From the NCBI GenBank assembly GCA_022827325.1, contig JAJDTE010000067.1, forward strand, positions 41,120 through 105,119: 64,000 bases of DNA, read 5' to 3'. This DNA comes from Gammaproteobacteria bacterium. GTDB taxonomy: Bacteria; Pseudomonadota; Gammaproteobacteria; Arenicellales; Poriferihabitantaceae. Under the pieces are notes generated by a model that made no database searches, was not told the origin of the DNA, and saw only the letters and a list, made by a program, of their open reading frames with translations. Numbering within the stretch: position 1 is the stretch's first letter; each line of letters opens with the position of its first letter. The translations under genes and the position numbers were made by a program. This document shows positions 59,907 to 64,000 of this stretch, piece after piece.

Positions 59907-62071
59907 CAAGCAACATGCTCCTGGACAAACTGGTTACCCACAAGGGCCCCAAGGGCCCCCTGTTGCTGGTGGTGGCCGACGGCGTCGGGCTGGCGCCGGC
60001 GGGGCCCGCCAACGCGGTGTCCCTTGCCGAAACCCCGGTGTTGGATCGCCTGATCGCGTCCCGCCACAGCACCAGGCTGCACGCCCATGGCCCCTGGGTG
60101 GGCCTGCCCGGAGAGGACGACATGGGCAACAGCGAGGTGGGACACAACGCCCTCGGCAGTGGCCAGATCATCAGCCAGGGGGCAAAGCTGGTGAACGAGG
60201 CGTTTGCGTCCGGCGGCATTTTCGACAGCGAGTCCTGGCGGCAGGTGGAAAGCCGCGGCGGGGCCGGTGCCTGCGTGCACTTCATCGGGCTGTTGTCCGA
60301 CGGCAACGTGCACTCCCATATCGACCACCTGCTCGCCATGATACGGCGGTGCGCCGAATCGGGCATCGCCAGGGTCCGGGTGCACTGCCTGCTGGACGGA
60401 CGCGACGTGGACCCGCGGTCCGCGCCGGTCTATGTCGAGCGGCTCCAGAAAGCCCTTCTCGCCGCCGGCGACAACGGCAACCTCGACTACCGCATCGCCT
60501 CCGGCGGGGGCCGCATGGTGATCACCATGGACCGCTACCAGGCGGACTGGGACATGGTGAGGCGGGGATACGAAACCCATGTGCTCGGCGAGGGCCGCCC
60601 GGTTACCGACGTGATCGCCGAGATCCGGCGGCAGTACGAATCGGATTCCCGGATCTCCGACCAGACCCTTGAACCATTCGTGGTCACGGACGACGGGGGC
60701 AATCCCGTGGGGGCGGTGGCGGACGGGGACGCGGTGGTGTTCTTCAATTTCCGCGGCGACCGGGCCATCGAGTTTTCCCAGGCCATGGAATCCGGCTCAT
60801 TCAACGCGTTCGAGCGCAAACGCCGCCCCGACGCGTATTTCTGCGGCATGCTCGAGTACGATGGCGACCTCGGCGTTCCCTCGAACTACCTGGTGAATCC
60901 GCCGGTGATCGAGGGAACCATGGTGGAATATCTCTGCGCCGAGGAACTGAAGACCTTCGCCGTCAGTGAAACCCAGAAATTCGGTCACGTCACCTATTTC
61001 TGGAACGGCAACCGCTCCGGCCGCATCGACGAGGAGCTCGAAACCTGGGTCGAGATACCGTCGGACCGGGTCCCCTTCAACGAGGCCCCCGGAATGAAGG
61101 CGGAGGAAATCACCGAAGAGACCATCCGGCTGATGCATTCCGGGGAGTACCGTTTCGGCCGCATCAACTTCGCCAATGGTGACATGGTGGGGCACACCGG
61201 CGACATCCCCGCCACCGTGGCCGCCCTGGAAACCGTCGACCGGTGCCTCGGACGGCTTGAGCAGGCTACCCTGGAACTCGAAGGCACCATGATCCTCACC
61301 GCCGATCACGGCAACGCGGACGAGATGTTCATCCAGAAGGGGGACCTGCGGATACCGCGGACCGCCCATACCCTGAACCCGGTTCCGTTCGTGATCGTGG
61401 ATTCCGCGGATGATTGCGGCTACCGCCTGCGGGACGACATCGATGGCGGCCTGGCGAACGTGGCGGCCACCGTGTTCAACCTGCTGGGCTACCGGGCGCC
61501 GGCGAACTATGAGCCGTCACTCCTCGCCTTCCCGGACGAACCCCGAAGCCGCCGGCTGATCCATGCGGGGGCCGTGGTGAACCTGGGCCTGGAGACGGTC
61601 AAGATGCCCAACGGGGACATCCTGGCCCTGGAGGTCGTACGCCATCCGGGCGGCGTCGTGGTGATCGCCATGGACGACGATCGGCGCATCTGCCTGATCC
61701 GGCAGTTCCGCCACCCCGCAGGCGGATGGATCTGGGAGCTGCCGGCGGGGCTGACGGAGGGCCGCGAGGATCCTCTGTCCACCGCGCACCGCGAACTGAA
61801 AGAGGAGACCGGCTGCACCGCGGATGACTTGATTCCCCTCGGCTCCACCCTGACCACCCCGGGTTTCTGCAGCGAGCGGCTGCACATCTATCTTGCCGCC
61901 GGCGCCCGGCCCGGCGAAGCCGAACCCGAAGACTACGAGTTCATCGAGACCCACTGGATGACCGTGGCGGAAGCCCTTTCCATGGCAAGGGACGGCACCA
62001 TCGACGACGGCAAGACCATCGTGGCACTGTTCCGTCTCCAGGGGTGGCTCGAGCGCAGGGAAAACGGCTGA
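59903..62071 (+). CDS. gpmI: Fusion: 2,3-bisphosphoglycerate-independent phosphoglycerate mutase (iPGM) with a C-terminal Nudix hydrolase (ADP-ribose pyrophosphatase-like)
   Basis: A continuous 722-aa ORF. The N-terminal ~545 aa carry iPGM motifs (MGNSEVGHNALGSG, LLSDGNVHSH, DGRDV, FNFRGDRA, ANGDMVGHTG, ADHGNA). The C-terminal ~170 aa carry the Nudix box GLTEGREDPLSTAHRELKEETG (nt 61748-61813). The GTG start overlaps the rdgB stop (GTGA); an alternative ATG lies at 59915. Confidence 0.85.
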   Translation: MTSNMLLDKLVTHKGPKGPLLLVVADGVGLAPAGPANAVSLAETPVLDRLIASRHSTRLHAHGPWVGLPGEDDMGNSEVGHNALGSGQIISQGAKLVNEAFASGGIFDSESWRQVESRGGAGACVHFIGLLSDGNVHSHIDHLLAMIRRCAESGIARVRVHCLLDGRDVDPRSAPVYVERLQKALLAAGDNGNLDYRIASGGGRMVITMDRYQADWDMVRRGYETHVLGEGRPVTDVIAEIRRQYESDSRISDQTLEPFVVTDDGGNPVGAVADGDAVVFFNFRGDRAIEFSQAMESGSFNAFERKRRPDAYFCGMLEYDGDLGVPSNYLVNPPVIEGTMVEYLCAEELKTFAVSETQKFGHVTYFWNGNRSGRIDEELETWVEIPSDRVPFNEAPGMKAEEITEETIRLMHSGEYRFGRINFANGDMVGHTGDIPATVAALETVDRCLGRLEQATLELEGTMILTADHGNADEMFIQKGDLRIPRTAHTLNPVPFVIVDSADDCGYRLRDDIDGGLANVAATVFNLLGYRAPANYEPSLLAFPDEPRSRRLIHAGAVVNLGLETVKMPNGDILALEVVRHPGGVVVIAMDDDRRICLIRQFRHPAGGWIWELPAGLTEGREDPLSTAHRELKEETGCTADDLIPLGSTLTTPGFCSERLHIYLAAGARPGEAEPEDYEFIETHWMTVAEALSMARDGTIDDGKTIVALFRLQGWLERRENG

Positions 62072-62079
62072 ACGCCGTG

Positions 62080-62095
62080 GCCGGTCGGTACCGGC
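62080..62095. terminator. Hairpin between convergent genes (possible bidirectional terminator)
   Basis: GCCGGT, loop cggt, ACCGGC. There is no U-tract on either side. Confidence 0.3.
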
Positions 62096-62098
62096 GGC

Positions 62099-62545
62099 TC
62101 AGCTCAGGAGGGACTTCACCAGGCCGCTCAAGGCACCCATGTCGGCCCGTCCCTGAACCCGGGTTTTCAGGATTCCCATGACCTTGCCCATGTCCTTCAT
62201 TGAGGCGGCGGAGGTCTCGGTGATGGCCTGGCGTACCAGCTCCTCCAGTTCATCGCCGGACAGCTGTACGGGCAGGTACTTTTCAAGGATCAGGATATTG
62301 GCCCGTTCCTTCGCCACGAGGTCCTCTCGCCCGCCCTCACTGAACTGCTCGGCCGCATCGGTACACTGTTTGACCAGCTTCTGGATGATCTGCATGACAC
62401 CGTTGTCGTCCAGTTCGATACGCTCATCCACTTCGCGGCGCTGGACCGCGGCACGGATCATGCGGATGGTTTCCAAGGCAACGGCATCCTTCTGCCGCAT
62501 GGCAGATTTCATGTCGTCCAGGAGGCGCTGTTTGAGATCAGACAT
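62099..62545 (-). CDS. GatB/YqeY domain-containing protein
   Basis: 148 aa. The sequence MSDLKQRLLDDMKSAMRQKDAVALETIRMIRAAV...EKYLP is characteristic of YqeY-like proteins. Confidence 0.88.
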   Translation of the reverse strand: MSDLKQRLLDDMKSAMRQKDAVALETIRMIRAAVQRREVDERIELDDNGVMQIIQKLVKQCTDAAEQFSEGGREDLVAKERANILILEKYLPVQLSGDELEELVRQAITETSAASMKDMGKVMGILKTRVQGRADMGALSGLVKSLLS

Positions 62546-62667
62546 GGGGTAGTTCCATCGTCCGGGATTCAGGCCCTCGGGAATTTAATCCCGGACTGGG
62601 GCCATTAAGGGTGTGGGCTGGTGCCGGTCCGCACGGTGATTCCGCGCCCGGCGCCGGGTGGTCCGGA

Positions 62668-62883
62668 TCAGTACAGGCGCTTGCGCCTCGCCTTCTGTCG
62701 GGAGACGCGTTTCATCTCCCTGCGGACAGCGGCATCGGCATTGCGTTTGCGGATGGTGGTGGGCTTTTCGTAGTGCTGGCGGCGACGCGACTCGGCGAAA
62801 ACGCCTGCGCGCTCACAGGCGCGCCGGAAGCGGCGCAGGATCACGTCGAAGGGTTCGTTTTGTCGGACTTGTACCGAAGGCAT
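62668..62883 (-). CDS. rpsU: 30S ribosomal protein S21
   Basis: ORF 62668-62970. The true start is ATG 62883, giving a 71-aa protein: [71 protein letters not shown]. Confidence 0.95.
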   Translation of the reverse strand: MPSVQVRQNEPFDVILRRFRRACERAGVFAESRRRQHYEKPTTIRKRNADAAVRREMKRVSRQKARRKRLY

Positions 62884-63040
62884 AGACCAGTCAGCTCCTT
62901 GTTGAGGCGTTTCTAACGGGGGCGCGATTTTACTCGGGATCATCCCGCAAGTCGAGGCGGAAATGGTCAAAACCGGGAATTTCCGGGTTCCCGCCTGGAT
63001 TCCGCCTCCCCTGCCCGGAACGGCCCCGGCAGAGCCCGGG

Positions 63041-63062
63041 ATAACTTGCAGATAACTTGCAG
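63041..63062. repeat. Perfect tandem duplication of an 11-bp unit (ATAACTTGCAG x2)
   Basis: Read directly: ataacttgcag at 63041-63051 and again at 63052-63062. It lies in the divergent rpsU / aminotransferase intergenic region. Confidence 0.9.
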
Positions 63063-63121
63063 GGCCCTACGGGCCAATTCACGCTAGAATCGCCCCTTTC
63101 CGGCAGCAGGCAAAGACACCG

Positions 63122-64000
63122 ATGACATCCCCCGAAAACCGTAGCCGAAACAGAGAATCACTGCGCGCGGACCATGACCATTTCCTGGCCCGTTTCGAGG
63201 AAATCAAGGCCCGGGGACTGAATCTCGACCTTACCCGGGGCAAACCGTCCGCCAGCCAGCTGGACCTGTCGAACAGCCTTCTGGCCCTCCCCGGAGGAGA
63301 ATACCTGGACGACGGGGTCGACACCCGGAATTACGGTGGCATCGACGGCCTGCCGGCCATGAAGGCGCTGTTTGCCGAGATTCTCGAGGTGCCTGTCTCC
63401 AACGTGATCGTAGGGGGCAACTCCAGTCTCAACATGATGTTCGACACCCTGGCGCGGGCCTGCCTCTTTGGTGTGCCCGGCGGGGACAGCCCCTGGAGCG
63501 CTGTCGGCGGACGGAAATTCCTCTGCCCGGTGCCGGGATATGACCGCCATTTCCGTGTCACCGAGCACCTCGGATTTGAACTGGTCGCCGTGCCCATGAC
63601 GGACCACGGCCCCGACATGGACCGGGTCGAGTCACTGACTGCAGCGGACCACGACATCAAGGGTATCTGGTGCGTGCCCCGTTTCAGCAACCCCACCGGC
63701 TGCTGCTACAGCGAAGAGGTGGTGCGGCGCCTGGCGGCCATGCCGGCGGCAAGGGACTTCCGGATCATCTGGGACAATGCCTATGCGGAGCATCATCTCG
63801 GAGATCCCCCGCCGCCGCTCGCGAACATCTACGATCTTTGCGCCCAGGCGGGTAATCCCAACAGAGTGATCGAATTCGCCTCAACCTCGAAGATCTCCCA
63901 CCCGGGCTCCGGCGTGGCCGCCATGGCCGCGAGCGATGAGAACGTTGCCGACACCCTGCGTCACCTGTCCGTGCAGACCATCGGTCCCGACAAGGTGAAC
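63122..64000 (+). CDS. Class I/II-fold PLP-dependent aminotransferase, N-terminal 293 codons (3' end lies outside the window)
   Basis: My own translation from ATG 63122 stays open to the window end: MTSPENRSRNRESLRADHDHFLARFEEIKARGLNLDLTRGKPSASQLDL...PRFSNPTGCCYS...IIWDNAYAEHH...FASTSKISHPGSG. It contains the NPTG motif and the S-x-S-K PLP-lysine motif. It is absent from the ORF track because it has no stop codon in the window. Confidence 0.8.
   Translation, partial: MTSPENRSRNRESLRADHDHFLARFEEIKARGLNLDLTRGKPSASQLDLSNSLLALPGGEYLDDGVDTRNYGGIDGLPAMKALFAEILEVPVSNVIVGGNSSLNMMFDTLARACLFGVPGGDSPWSAVGGRKFLCPVPGYDRHFRVTEHLGFELVAVPMTDHGPDMDRVESLTAADHDIKGIWCVPRFSNPTGCCYSEEVVRRLAAMPAARDFRIIWDNAYAEHHLGDPPPPLANIYDLCAQAGNPNRVIEFASTSKISHPGSGVAAMAASDENVADTLRHLSVQTIGPDKVN

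Noticed and set aside
57975-59909. A 644-aa minus-strand ORF.
   Set aside because: It is antisense to the well-supported GNAT, rph and rdgB genes. Its composition is Arg/Gly/Pro/Ala-rich and it shows no domain signature.
1-64000. CRISPR arrays, IS elements or transposases, integrases, prophage genes, tRNA or rRNA genes, and recognisable anti-phage defence genes.
   Set aside because: I saw none while reading the intergenic regions and ORF translations. The only RNA gene I can support is ssrA. An exhaustive computational scan (tRNAscan-SE, Infernal, ISfinder, DefenseFinder) was not possible.

Overview
GC-rich, gene-dense chromosomal segment that looks gammaproteobacterial, based on the one-piece tmRNA with tag ANDDNYALAA and strong matches to GabT, RNase PH, RdgB and S21. 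I saw no transposase, integrase, CRISPR array, rRNA or tRNA. Order of features: smpB 3' end and ssrA; ammonium transporter, STAS protein and PLP decarboxylase. Next is a 5-gene minus-strand sensory operon (sensor-like membrane protein, HAMP-MFS fusion, orphan ABC_sub_bind periplasmic binding protein, Cache-HAMP-PP2C phosphatase, RsbW-like kinase). Then the circularly permuted ATP-grasp / alpha-E / transglutaminase trio plus a DUF3293-like gene; gabT; a fatty-acid hydroxylase; an AttEFGH-like ABC/FtsX/lipocalin set; and an RND efflux pair with a small beta-barrel OMP. A ~16 kb translationally coupled minus-strand supercluster follows (2 non-pyrrolysine MttB-family methyltransferases, 3 DAO+GcvT dehydrogenase paralogs, 2 class-III aminotransferases, a TPP enzyme, a racemase-fold protein, an SRPBCC protein) with a divergent LysR regulator. 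After it come mmsB-like, DJ-1, cobD and class II DAHP synthase genes. A guanidino-compound neighbourhood follows (amidinotransferase, agmatinase-family hydrolase, 3 GNATs, MFS and EamA transporters, an ArsR-like regulator, one low-GC transglutaminase-fold orphan). The window ends with rph-rdgB-(iPGM::Nudix fusion), yqeY, rpsU and a partial aminotransferase. The most interesting items are: (1) the MttB/GcvT/aminotransferase supercluster, which has no corrinoid protein in view; (2) the multi-sensor operon feeding a partner switch, including a HAMP-MFS fusion; (3) a single in-frame TGA at a Trp conserved in both paralogs of one dehydrogenase; (4) the iPGM-Nudix fusion. All calls come from reading the ORF translations and the DNA by eye. 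No database search or computation was run.
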